From NCBI GenBank assembly GCA_013115145.1, contig JAAPAO010000007.1:62001-126000 (forward strand): a DNA stretch of 64,000 nt, written 5' to 3'. The notes beneath the pieces are model-generated. The model was not told the DNA's origin. It saw only the letters and a list, made by a program, of their open reading frames with translations, and searched no databases. The position numbers and the translations under genes were made by a program. Shown piece by piece: positions 42,543-55,014 of this stretch. This DNA is from Perkinsus chesapeaki ATCC PRA-425 (lineage: Eukaryota; Protista; Perkinsozoa). Numbering within the stretch: position 1 is the stretch's first letter; the number at the start of each line of letters is the position of its first letter.

Positions 42543-43358
42543 TTATTGAAATGATTTAGATGACGCTCTACGGCTCGTTGGGGCGGTCGACGGAGCTGAA
42601 CCTGTGCGGTAATCAGGATACACTCCAGTTGACGAACCGTACCGGGTTGCCGTCGCTGCACCGGCAAAGTACTTGTCGGTAGCTTACCCAGCTTGTCTGG
42701 GGTTGGCTCCGGCACTACTGGTGCTACTACTGGTTTAGGGCTGCTACTCCGACATCGCACCAATGCGAGGAGCGATGATCCTGAGTTAGACGTGTCGACA
42801 ACTAGCATGCTAACCGCCCACCGAATCGCTTCAGGATTGGCTGTCTGCTCCTAGCCGTCTGCTTTCGTAAGGCCTCTGCAATGGCTAAAACATTAACACA
42901 ATTTGACAGTGAAAGGTTTGATATTGAGGAACCTTTTTCCTCCTCAGCTTTTTCTTTATTATACTGTAGAACCATCGCCAGTAAATCTTGATCGTTATCC
43001 TGGACACTTGTGTGAATAGCCCGCGCGAGGTTAAATTACCCTTATCATGCCCTCAAGCAGGGGGTATAGCTTATACATGGTCCTATCTTCAGACGGTGGT
43101 AGCATATCTACACGCTCTATCATTCCTCTTACCATACCTCACCAGCTCACCGTAGTCCCCATACATTAAATCGAAGGCATTGGGCCGGTACGCTGTTCTG
43201 GTGAAAGGACCTAAACCGTCGCGATTGCCGCCGTCTCTCCAAAGTGGCTGATGCGTACGTGGTGGCTCCTCCAGTAGGCATCCCTCTCGAGGCAGAGACC
43301 GTCTTCTAACAGCATTACGACGAGCCACTACTGATGCAGCAACCGCTGCATGCATCAT
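42543..43358 (-). CDS. Hypothetical multi-exon protein
   Basis: The ORF pieces MMHAAVAASVVARRNAVRRRSLPREG...DYGELVR, DRTMYKLYPLLEGMIR, DNDQDLLAMVLQYNKEKAEEE and ...RCRSSSPKPVVAPVVPEPTPDKL are separated by short GT-AG introns and end ...RRASSKSFQ*. One junction is unresolved. Confidence 0.45.
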
Positions 43359-43798
43359 TAACACAGGGGATTGGGGAAGAGGATGGTGACCTTGCCGTCA
43401 TCAACGCCACGTCACGTCCGTTGAGGAAATGCAAGTGCGCAAGTGGTGGTGGAAATGGCAGGTTCGTTAGTGATTCAATGAACGCGGTGAAGCACGGTGC
43501 CAGTTGGGCAGTAACGCTAGCGTAACAGTGACGTATTGGTACCTTCCAGCATTGTAGACTGATCATCTTGCTCTTGGTCCAAGTTGTACCCAGAGACGAC
43601 TGGGCGAGGTGGCCCCTGAATTCCGGTCTGCGTCTCGAGCATGTTGGGGGTCGTCGAGTTGTTGGTGTATTGGTCATCCTTTCAGGAATTTCGGTTCTTC
43701 TTTCTACTCTCTACTAGACAGCTCCGGTCTAGTATTATCATTCACCTAACGACAGCGGTAGAAGTTAGCAACCTTACCAACGTCCTCATCACCACAGC

Positions 43799-46700
43799 AT
43801 GCTATCAACGAAGTCACTCTTCACCTCGTCGAGTGCCGCCGCTCGCACTGTAGCGGCTGCCGCGTCCGCCTCTCGGATGCGAGCATTTGCCAGCAGCACT
43901 GTTAACCACTCATCATCGGAGGGTTATACGGAACTGGTAGAACCTGCATGGAAACGGAAAGGAGCCAAGGTAAGCAAACTGTTAAGTGGTTATTCTTGTA
44001 TCGTAACACTTTTGCTACTCAGGGTTTAAAGCAGTTCCCACAGAAGCAGCTCCCCTATGACGGTTGCACTGCAGCCGCCTATGTGGCATATGCTTGGTCG
44101 GAGCAAGCAATGGTAAGCAATAGAAATCAAGTCTCCTGTTGATGACTTCGACTTCAGATTTATCCGATCACGCCCGCCACGCCAATGGGAGATGTTATGG
44201 CTAATTGGGCCGGTCAAGGTCGAAAGAATCTTTTCGGCAGCGTATCTAAGGTTACTCAAATGCAATCTGAGGGTGGCGCTGCTGGTGCCGTCCATGGTGT
44301 CCTCGATGTTGGTGCTCTTGGTACTACATTCACCTCCTCGCAAGGACTACTTTTGATGATCCCCAATATGTACATAATTGCCGGGGCTCTCAACCCTTGT
44401 GTTTTCCACGTTGCCGCACGTGCCATCTCGAAGCATGCATTATGTATCTTTGGTGACCACACCGATGTCATGGGTACTCGACAGACCGGTTGGGCCCAGC
44501 TATCCGGCCATAGTGTGCAGGCCTCTATGGATATGGCATTGGTGGCTCATATTGCTACATTGAAGAGCTCTGTTCCCTTCGTTAACTTTTTTGATGGCTT
44601 CCGTACTTCACATGAGATCAACAAGATCAACATCATACCGTATGAGGCCATGGAGCAGCTTGTGCCGTGGACCGAGCTGGCAGCCTACCGTGCCCGAGGC
44701 TTGAATCCTAACAGACCCCATTCGCGTGGTCTAGGCCAGTTCGCTGACACATTTTTCCAGAACTCGGAGGCCGTCAACAAGTACTATGACAACACCCCTG
44801 GCATTGTGCAGTCGGTTATGAACGATGTTGCCCACGTCACCGGCCGCCACTATAAAAACTTCTTCTACTACGGCCACCCTCAAGCTGAGTATGTCACTGT
44901 CATCATGGGCTCCGGCAGCTCTACTGTAGAGGAGACTGTAAACTACATGAGTGCTCGTGGAGAGAAGGTTGGCCTTATCCGTGTCCATCTGTACAGGCCG
45001 TGGGACGCGGACTCCTTCCTGAGTGCCTTACCCCACTCGGTTAAGCGTCTTGCTGTCCTTGATCGCACCAAGGAGCAGACTGCCATTGGTGAACCACTGT
45101 TCTTAGATGTTGCAGCTACACTGCAGTCTGTTGGCAGCACTATGAAGGTGGTGGGTGGTCGTTATGGTCTCGGATCCAAGGAGTTCACTCCAGCCATGGC
45201 TGAAGCTGTCTTTGACAACCTAAAGCAGTCCAGGCCAGTTGAGAACTTCTCCGTCGGTATCGAGGACGACATCACTCATCGGTCTATTAAGGTTGGCCCA
45301 GAGCCGGATGTTTCCGCCCCGGGTACCAGACAGTGCTTGTTCTGGGGCATGGGATCGGATGGTACAGTATCTGCCAATAAGAGTGCAATCAAGCTCATTG
45401 CCGACAACACCGACCAGTACGTCCAGGCCTACTTCGCCTATGATTCCAAGAAGTCCGGCGGTTGCACCATCTCCCATCTTCGTTTCGGCCCGGAGAAGAT
45501 AGAGTCCCCTTACGCCATCATGAACGCCGACTATATCGCCGTGTCCCAGCGAACTTGGCCACACAAGTTTCCGAGGGTCATCGTTGAGACCCTGAAGCCC
45601 GGCGGTATTGCTGTCTTCAACTCTGCTTCCAAGACGGCCGAGGATTTCCTCGCTGAAATGCCTCAGCCAGTTATCAACCAACTCGGTGAGAAGAAGGCTC
45701 ACATCTACACCATCGATGCCTCTAAGGTGGCTCGGGACAACGGCTTAGGTCGCCATACCAACAACGTCCTGGCTGCTGTATTTTTTAAATTGGCTGATAT
45801 TATCCCCTACGAGAGCGCTGAGAGGTTGCTGAAGGATGCAATGAAGAAGGCTTACTCGGCGAAGGGTGATGATCTTGTACAGAGGAACTTTAAGGGTGTC
45901 GATGCGGCTATTGCTAATTTGGTCGAGATACAGTACGACCCGCAAGTCTTCAGTACCTACTCTAAGCCCGAGGATGTCGATCCTACTAGGCCCGCCTTCT
46001 GTACTGATCTCATGGATAAGCTCAATGCTTTAGAGGGCAACAATCTGCCCGTATCTTCCTTCGACCCTCGTGGTCACTACCCACCAGCCACAACCCAGTA
46101 TGAGAAGCGTGGTGTGGCTCTGACTATCCCTATAGTGGATATGGATAAGTGTACTCAGTGTAACAAATGCTCGGCTATCTGCCCTCATGCCGCTATTCGC
46201 CCCTTCCTCATCTCACAACTCGAGGCTGATGTCGCCCCCAAGGCCTTTGACATGCGAATGGCCAAGGGTGGCAATGACGTCGCTGGTATGATGTACCGTA
46301 TCCAGGTTGCCCCTGAGGACTGTACTGGTTGCGAGGCCTGCTCCTGGGCATGCCCGGACAACGCCCTGACTATGACACCGTTGGAGGATGTTGTAGAGGT
46401 GCAGCGTCCCAATTGGTCATTTGCCATGAGTATCCCCAACCGTGGCTATATGGTGGACCGCCACACCCTCAAGGGTTCACAGTTCCAGCAACCTATGCTT
46501 GAATTCTCGGGTGCCTGTGAGGGCTGTGGTGAGACTCCTTATGCCAAGCTCGTCACGCAGCTCTTCGGTGAGAGGATGGTGGTTGCTAATGCCTCTGGTT
46601 GCTCCTCCGTCTGGGCTGGCACTGCTGCCTTCAATCCTTTGGCGGTCAACAGTAAGGGCCAGGGCCCTGCCTGGGGTAGGTCCCTTTTCGAAGATGCAGC

Positions 46701-49404
46701 TGAGTACGGTCTTGGTATGGCTAGAGCTGTTCAAGAGCGCCGTCTGAATCTGAAGGAGAAGGTTCAAGAGCTGGTCGATGATGAGGAGTACAAGGTCTTG
46801 CTGAGCCCTGAACTTAACAACGCCTGTCACGAATGGTTGGAGAAGTACAATGACTCCAAGATCTGCCAGGAGCTTGCTGATGACATTCCCTCCATGCTCG
46901 AGGCTACTTCCGGCCTCCGCCATGTCCCTTTGGTCCAGGAGATCCTATCTATGAAGGACCTCTTCCCTAAGATATCGCAATGGGTGTGGGGAGGTGATGG
47001 CTGGGCTTATGATATCGGCTTCGGTGGCCTGGACCATGTCCTTGCTTCGCAGACCGATCTCAATGTTCTGGTCATGGATACCGAGGGTTACTCCAACACT
47101 GGTGGTCAAGTGTCCAAGTCTACCAACTTGGGTGCTGTGCAGAAGTTCGCTCCCACTGGCTATCGTCGTGCCAAGAAGGACCTCGGTGCCATCGCCATAG
47201 CCTACGGTGACGTCTACGTTGCCTCGATCGCCATCGGTGCCAACTACGCACAATCGGTGAAGGCTCTTGTCGAGGCTGAGGCCTTCCCCGGTCCCTCGCT
47301 GGTCCTGTGCTACTCTCCTTGCATCGAGCATAAGATTCTCTATCCTCGTGGTTTGTCCCGTCTGGCTGAGGAAATGAAGAAGGCTGTCGACTCGGGTTAT
47401 TGGACCCTCTACAGATACAACCCAGCTCTGACCCCTCACGGCCAGAACCCCTTCACTCTGGACTCTAAGCACTTATCTATTGATGTGGGCCACTTCACCA
47501 AGCTCGAGAACCGTTTCGAGATTCTCAAGCGTACTCATCCCGAGGTGGCCGAGCAGCTCAAGACAAGCCTTCAGAAATGGACACAGGAACGTCTTGAGAA
47601 CTTCAAGTGGATGGAGAAGCGTGGCGCCCCCTCTGAGGAGGCCGCTGGTCCTGCGCTCGACGTCCTCGTTGGTTCCGACACCGGCACCACTACAGAGTTA
47701 GCCAACCGCTTCGCCAATCTATGTCGGTCTAGGCAGTTCAACGTTGCTGTCCATGAGCTCGACGAGATCACTCCGGAGTCTCTGCGTGCCATGAGCAACG
47801 TGGTTGTGCTGTGCTCTACAGCTGGTGAGGGTGACTTCCCCAACAACGCCCATGCTTTCTGGGAAGGACTGTCAGATCCCGAACTTGAGGAGGATTTCCT
47901 TTCCTCTACCAAGTTCTCTGTATTCGGTCTCGGTGACACCGGCTACAAGCACTTCAATGCCGCCGCTAAGAACATCGAGCAGCGTATGCTTGAGCTTGGT
48001 GCTGTGAAGTCTCAGGACATCGGCCTCGGTGATGACAAGGATGAGGACAAGTACGAGACTGCCTTCGAGTCTTGGCTACCCGACTTCTGGAAAATCCAGA
48101 ACGCCCCTGAGTCGCCTGATGAGCATGAGATCCCAGAGCCTATTGTGGAGTTGGAGGTCGTCGGCAAGGAGTTGGCCTGCAAGTACCAGAGAGTGCATCC
48201 CCCGAAGACCAAGACCATCACTCTCACCAAGAATGAGCGTATCACTTCGCCCGATTACAACCGTATCATTCGTCATCTCATCTTTGACGTCCGTGGTGTC
48301 GACTTCTCTTACCTTCTTGGAGATGCTCTTACTATCTATCCAGACAACGACCCCGCCTTGGTGGAGGACTTCTTGGATTGGTACAGGGTTGATCAGAGCC
48401 AGTGGTATCACGTCCGTGGCACTAAAGACCTGGACGCTCGCCGTGCCGCGAGCTATCGTCACCCTATGACAGCCAGGCAGATCTTTGGTGAAGTTGTGGA
48501 TATTACTGGTAGACCTAATAAGTTCTTCTACAAGCAGCTGGCCAAGTTCGCTGTCGACGAGGATGAGCGTAAGGCACTCGAGACCATCGTGGCCGACACC
48601 CCCGAAGGCCATGCCGCTTACAGCGCCTTGTCTACCGAGTGTGTGAACTACATTGATGTCCTCAAGAAGTTCCCCAGCGCCCATCCACCACTGGAGCATC
48701 TTATGTCCCTTGTGCCGTGCATAAAGCCAAGGCTCTACTCCATTGCTTCCTCTCAGCGTTATGTCAATGACAAGGTTGAGCTTGTTATTGTTGTGAACGA
48801 CTGGAAGACCCCCAGTGGTGCTCTGAAGCGCGGTCTCTGTACCAACTACGTCGACAGGCTGGCCACTGATGGACAGGAGGATCTCACTCACAAGGTGGTC
48901 GTGTCGGTTACGCCTGGCACCTTCAACTTGCCTCCAACTTTAATGGAGCCCTACATTATGACTGGTCTTGGTACTGGTTTGGCGCCCTTCCGAGCCTTCA
49001 TTCAAGAGAGAGCTTTCTTCAAGAGACTTGGTTATGAGACTGGTCCCATGTGGTTGTTCTATGGCTGCCGATATCGCGCTAAGGACTACATCTTCGGTGA
49101 CGAATTGGAGAAGTATGCCGAGGAAGGCGTCATCACCCATTTGAAGCCCGCTTTCTCACGCGATCAGAAGGAGAAGGTCTATGTTCAGCACAAGATGCTT
49201 GAGAGTAAAAATGAGTTGTACGAGGATCTCATCACCAAGGGTGGCTACTTCTATCTTTGCGGTCAAGCTGGTCAGTTGGAGATTGACGTCAGGAATGCTA
49301 TTCTTACGGCAATCAAGGAGGGTGGAAACATGTCCGCTGAGGAGGCCCAGAAGGTATTTAGTAAGTTTGACGAAGAGGGCCGATACTGCCTCGAGCTCTA
49401 CTAA
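43799..49404 (+). CDS. PNO: Pyruvate:NADP+ oxidoreductase (pyruvate:ferredoxin oxidoreductase fused to an NADPH-cytochrome P450 reductase-like domain), about 1835 aa, with a mitochondrial-type presequence
   Basis: Exons 43799-43969, 44023-44112 and 44158-49404. PFO N-terminus DGCTAAAYVAY..IYPITPATPMG; two 4Fe-4S motifs CTQCNKCSAICP and CTGCEACSWACP; SGACEGCGETPY; TPP-binding GGDGWAYDIG. C-terminal part: flavodoxin VLVGSDTGTT, FAD-binding PRLYSIAS, NADPH-binding GLGTGLAPFRAF, FYGCRY, AFSRDQ and YLCG. The N-terminus MLSTKSLFTSSSAAARTVAAAASASRMRAFASS is Ser/Ala/Arg-rich with no acidic residues. Confidence 0.96.
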
Positions 49405-50141
49405 GCCCGTAGCGGTATTCGATGACTACTGAGGTTACTCTGCAAAATGCGTACCATTATGTCACGTCTTCAGCACTTTTCACTTGGTTGCCTGGTATTT
49501 ACTGTCGGCATCCATTTTTACTGCAAAATAGGCTCTTGTGGTTCGGTGATGTAAAGTCGCCATCTTGCTCATTTTATCGCGTCCTGATCTGTGGCTGCTA
49601 GCACTAGAGATTTTTTAAAGGATTTCATTGGTTGGTTGTTGTTGCTGGTGCTACTGCTATCCGTGCGTGTGTGGCATTCATTAGCCCTGATATAATATGC
49701 TAACACTTTTTATCTCATTCAAGGTGGTGAAGCTATTCGGTAGTAATACGACATCTATTAGCTGTCTGTGAACGTTATTAATCAGTAGTTGTTGAGTTAT
49801 TCAGTTTGTCAGCGGAACCTGTTCATTTAGCTGGGCTTCAATTAGCTATTGTAATAGTGCCGTTTCGGAGAGTGTTATTATGAACAGGGCTCGGCTGGTG
49901 CTACAGTTCTTTGGGCAGTAGTAGATACCGCATGTGAGTGGGCGGCGAAGTAACCTGCTCCACCCCACTGATAACGATCCATAAATTACAGAAGCCAGTT
50001 ATGTCACCAGAACGTGAAGTGTCTGTCGTTACTAATAAAGTGAGTTTTTGTTTGTGGCTCATGGTGGCTGTGGTGTTCACTGGATAACACAAGACCCCTT
50101 TGCGATCAGTAGTGATGACACATAAAGTATACACGAGTAGC

Positions 50142-51233
50142 TCATAGATAATCCTCATTGGCGTTATCCATCGAAATGATAGCATATCCGATTGCTGCAA
50201 CAACGGCAACAACTACAACAATAACGGGCACCAGCGATTGGTTGTCATTAGCTAAGCCTATGGCAGCGAAACGGTCGTCTTCTTTTGAATTGGGGTCGAA
50301 CACATTCTTCTCGCTTCCTCCAAGCCGTTTGCAAAACCTCGTGAAGTCCTGAGTGGAGGCATCATCCCAGCAGATAACATGTCGTTGTGACCCACCTTGC
50401 AGGCGAAGACAGCTTCGTCATTGGCAAAGCCGCACTCGGCACAAGTCTTGGCTCCGTCAGGCGGGGGTATCCGATTGAAATACCCATGGGTAGGATAGAA
50501 CCTGCGTTCTGATAAATCTACCGGCATACCTAGCGACTTCCCCACCGCGAAGTATCCAAAAATTCGGGGAAGAGTTCTCGGAAGTCCTTGTCCTGGAAAA
50601 AAGAATAACAAAGTCTCAACAGCAGCAGCGCTTACAAATTTATTCTTGGCGAAACTATTGATGGCGCATTTCTCCCGATAGGCTGCTGACGCCGACATTC
50701 CTCCGGTTGTCCGAGGCTCCGTTTTGTCCAACATAAAACTAACTAAACCTGATCGATGGAGAATAATCCGTATCTTTGCTACCAGCGAGGAGGAGCGCTA
50801 CCAATGAGGATGGTCTCAACGCGCCAACTTGGATTCCAGGATTCTGGATGAAAGTCGGACATGGACAGGCAAAGCTTTGTATGAGTCTCGAACCTCCCTA
50901 AGATACATTGACCATCAGACTTCGGTGAAGTTGGCATCAGTGATACCATTGGGAGTGATCATATAGATCGCTGGTGGCTTGAGGGGGTACATCGGAGGGA
51001 ACACCAATTTGCCATGGTACACTCCACCATAGTAAGGAGTGTCTTCGGGAAGATCGAAGACTACAAAGTGCCATTCAAGCATGCTTTTAGTAGAAGGCAT
51101 CGCATCGATCTGAGCCGGGCATGACCTGCCAAGTGCCTACTGTCTTCTCTGCTGCTCGTACGCCCGTAACCTACTTTTTCAAAGCCTGTAGTTCACGAGT
51201 TAATCGCGAGACTGCTTGTCTGTTCTCAGACAT
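50142..51233 (-). CDS. UBC6: Ubiquitin-conjugating enzyme E2, Ubc6/UBE2J family, tail-anchored
   Basis: Spliced translation MSENRQAVSRLTRELQALKK..MLEWHFVVFDLPEDTPYYGGVYHGKLVFPPMYPLKPPAIYMITPNGRFETHTKLCLSMSDFHPESWNPSWRVETILIGLVSFM, with the catalytic Cys in KLCLS. C-terminal hydrophobic anchor LVPVIVVVVAVVAAIGYAII before the stop. Confidence 0.92.
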
Positions 51234-51356
51234 ATTACAAAAACGTGTTAAATACTAAACATTGCATATCTTGCCATAGTACCCTCACTTATCGCCAGCA
51301 ACCGGACACTGAAACTAGACTCTTGGTGCTTTTGAAACGTTGATTGTTGGTAAACT

Positions 51357-54300
51357 CTAATCGGTAGGAGTTGCCGCCGAAGCTGTCGCTTTGTCGAGCT
51401 CGGCTTTCCTCTCAGCCTCTCGAAGCCGCAGCGGAATGTAGTCTTTCATATCTTCCTCCTCCACCAAGTCGCCAACATCAAGCTGGAGGATGTCGCAACT
51501 GCCAAGACGAGAACTATCGATCCGCCGAACGTCGCCTTCGGTAGTAGCCTACTGTCTCGAGCCGAGTAGCTCTGCCATGGAGGGTCTGGTCCTGCCAAAG
51601 TCACCATGGACGAATTCCTTGATATACATTCCGGCACTGCACGCCAGGGACACCTGAGGGGAGTTCAGTAGGCCATGATGGCTGAGCCTATGGTGCCCAC
51701 TTTGAGGTAATGTGGATTTATCATCTCACAGGTGATGCTATGCATTATTTTAGTCCGCATGGCGTTGGCTCGTCTGTGCATGACTCGAAGAGGAGTCCTC
51801 TGATGGATCTCCAACTCCTTCATAGCGTTCACCCTCTCCACGACTTCCTCGGTAACCGGGTCCTCACACCACACGACACACACGTACCTGAGGTTGTTAA
51901 TAATAATAACAACATCTAAGGTATAGACCCTGAGAGAATTGAAGACTGATAATAAAAGACCCCATAGTAGTAATGATATAATAAATGTAATGGTATAATA
52001 GTAACAAATGTAGCTCCCTCCATTCCCTTCCCCTGAGCATCGCCTACACTTTAGTGTGTCTCTCACTAGACCAGCCTAGCCATTCCATAACATGCTTATC
52101 AGCTGGATGGATGAACATAACTTCAAAGGCATCGGTCTTGGCAGCAAGAGAAGGCCAGTCCACCTTGTGGTGCGGGAGGAGCAGGTTCCTGTGGGCATCT
52201 GGTATCTAATGGACGATCTGGACCCCCTATGGAACGATCTGTATGGATCCACCCTACCTCTACAGCAAATGGTCGGCCGTTGCCAAGCATTCTAACATCC
52301 ACGTCCTCTCGACCAGCACTGCAGAAGCTACACCGTTTCCAGTCAGCACCGAGGGCCTCGCAAATGGGCTCTGACCGGAACGCGTGGATCCCGCCGCGGA
52401 GAAGGTACAGATCGAGTACGAACTTTGGGGGTGTGTTCACAAAATGGGTTTTATATCGGCGGTAACTAATTTGGCTGCAGATATCCCTGCTGGAGGGGAT
52501 CCAGCTTCATCGATGTGCTCTGATGACTCAATTTTAATAATATAGCACCGATGATCATGTTGCTACTTCAAAACAATAGTTCTACGATCTTTATGTCCTT
52601 ACAGCCTCGTGGTAAGCAAATGGATATTATTACTAAGGGCAATCTCCGAGGCCGACGTCTCGCACCGGCTACGTGGCTTGGCACCATCCCGGACAACCCA
52701 TGGTGTCTGGGATATCTTCCTGCTGAACTTCCTATACCTCCCAAAGAGGTAAATACTGTCACGATTGATAACAGCCTCTAGAGTTGGTCTAAACTGAGCT
52801 GTATTAGGATACGCCTTCATGCACTTCCTCAAGTCATCCACACCTACATTCGACATCATAACCCTCCGCCCTCCCCTCCACCCTACCAAGTAGCATTTCC
52901 AGGCGCTCGGAGCTCTGCCCTCTCATAGCCTTTATAATAGTGTTGGCCGATGGCAGGTCCTCTGGCTCAGAGCCCTCTGGTGATGATTCCGTGGAGGGCT
53001 GTTGAGAGATGATGCCTGCACTACGGTGACAGTGCCTACTACCTCCTCAGTGGAGGACGATTCTCCTCTATTTTTATCTCTTCGCCATCGGCCCTTCCCT
53101 TTGCCACCTTTCCGTGCAAACTTCCTATCATCTTTCCATTCTAGTGGGGAGGACAATCATAAGACATAATCATCACAGCAGTCCCTTCCTACTCGAAGGT
53201 GGTCTGATCCTCTGTTCACTGGCCAACGCTGAGCACTCTAACCTGTCCGCCTCCGGGGAGTTGACCTATAACAACCGAGCATCCCCGACCAACGATGCTT
53301 TACTATAAAAGTCCGATCTAGAGACTGACGTTCGAGTCCCGTGTATGAGGTCGAGGTAACGGTTACCTGGTGACCCCTAGCTACCCAAGCTAGTAATAAC
53401 CGTCCCTATACACCCTCACGGAAACGACGCTGAATGATGGAATAAGCTTCCGAAGGCACTACAGTCTACTTTCCGTGGAAGAGTGAATATTTGTTACTAC
53501 TTCTAGAGTAACTCTAAAGTAGGCATCTGCCACTGGTGGTGATGCAGCCAAGGTCTCCTGTGTCACACCAGGGGTCATCTTACGCATCTTGTTGATCAGC
53601 TCGGGCAGCAACACCCACCGCAATACCTCCCGGACCTCTGGAACCTGATAACACTGCTACGTATCTGGTACGCTCTTCCAGAGGGATACAAATGAGTATA
53701 GCTTTTAAGGAGAAGGACACCAAGTGATGGCCTAAGAAGCGTCCCCGGTTTTGTATTGAAAATGCATCTTGCACAAACCGTCACGATTCCCTAATGTATA
53801 CTCTTTTCGTTGGGAACGCTGGTATGTACAAGGTAGATCACCGAGCACCAGGAAGCACCGAGCCCTCAAGATGGCACCGTAGTAGCACTCAGCTGCCTCC
53901 GCCGACCACCGCCCGCTATAGTACCTCCTCCACTTGATCCTTCTCGTATAGGACCTTCTCAATAAACCCACGGACTACCAGCGCTGGTGGCAGACGAGTC
54001 GATAGGACCAGATCGTAGGTGTCCTCGAAACTGAGCAATACTTTACACCCACGGGAAGGCCACCTTCAATTTACCCTGATGAGTTAATAGCCGCGATGAT
54101 GTCCTCCATTACAGGGTTCTCATGCTTAATCCGACATGGGTCCTCTAGAAGCCCGAAACAGCCACCACAGAGATACTCCGGCTCCGGTCTGAAGCCATGG
54201 CAATGTCCTCTTCCCTCTCTGGAAGGCCCGCTGCTCCGGTTGTACTACCTGCTATCAGTTGGTGGGCCAACCCATTGCTCAGGTTTGTATCGTTCTGGCT

Positions 54301-54367
54301 CCTTGATGCCCTCATAACGCAGACCGCATCGCCAGCACAGATAATCTGCCGAGGGCGCGCTCGACAT
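51357..54367 (-). CDS. PUS10: tRNA pseudouridine synthase Pus10 (multi-exon)
   Basis: Motifs LCWRCGLRY (N-terminal CxxC), YLFGRYRKFSRKISQTPW, catalytic SAGREDVDVRMLGNGRPF, EIHQRTPLRVMHRRANAMRTK, CSAGMYIKEFVHGDFGRTRPS and CDILQLDV. The internal exon boundaries are not all resolved. Confidence 0.9.
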
Positions 54368-54724
54368 TATTAGACCGTCTCGAGCGTCTAGATCTTCGCC
54401 GTCACTTGAACGCAACTCAACTCCGTAGTACGGGAAAGTCTTAGTGGTCCGCTAGTAAATACGAAGGTCCTTGCTCCGAACTGCCGTCAGCAAGCAGCGT
54501 AACCAACACCAGTAGAGGACTGCGGGCCGGACAGCTGAGGAGCTAGAGGGGCTCCAACGCTCAAAAAGTCCACGAAGGAGAAAACTCTGGTGTGGTGGTG
54601 GAGCGAGATCTCGCTGCTACTGATGATGGGGAGAGGACGAAGAATGGAGGCTATTATTGCCTCTGGTCACACAAGGCAACCGACTAGTGTTAATAATACA
54701 GACATGGTACTTATAGATTACTAG

Positions 54725-54832
54725 CGACAACAACAACAACACCGAAGTGTAGAACAGTTACAGTAGGGCTACGACAACAACAACAACACCGAAGTGTAGA
54801 ACAGTTACAGTAGGGCTACGACAACAACAACA
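54725..54832. repeat. 47-bp direct tandem duplication (about 2.3 copies) containing (CAA)n
   Basis: The unit cgacaacaacaacaacaccgaagtgtagaacagttacagtagggcta starts at 54725 and 54772 (identical copies), with a partial third copy at 54819. Confidence 0.9.
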
Positions 54833-55014
54833 GCTGGGGGTAGTAATACGACAAGGAGGGACATCAGACATAGTCAATAATGGTGCTGGTGATGATGGCA
54901 ACAGCAACAACAATACACCTAGTGCAGAAGAACAGATGGGCTTAGATAATGATGTGCTTGTTCACTGTGGTGATGCTGCTGCTGGGATACTGGCATCACT
55001 TCTCGGTAATGATG

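Noticed and set aside
44026-49432. Many minus-strand and off-frame ORFs overlapping PNO (up to 271 aa)
   Set aside because: They are shadow ORFs caused by the strong codon bias of PNO and carry no recognisable motifs.
49556-49572. gtcgccatcttgctcat, a partial resemblance to the spliced leader (relic SL)
   Set aside because: It is short, gapped and downstream of PNO, not upstream of a gene, so it is too weak to support retroposition.
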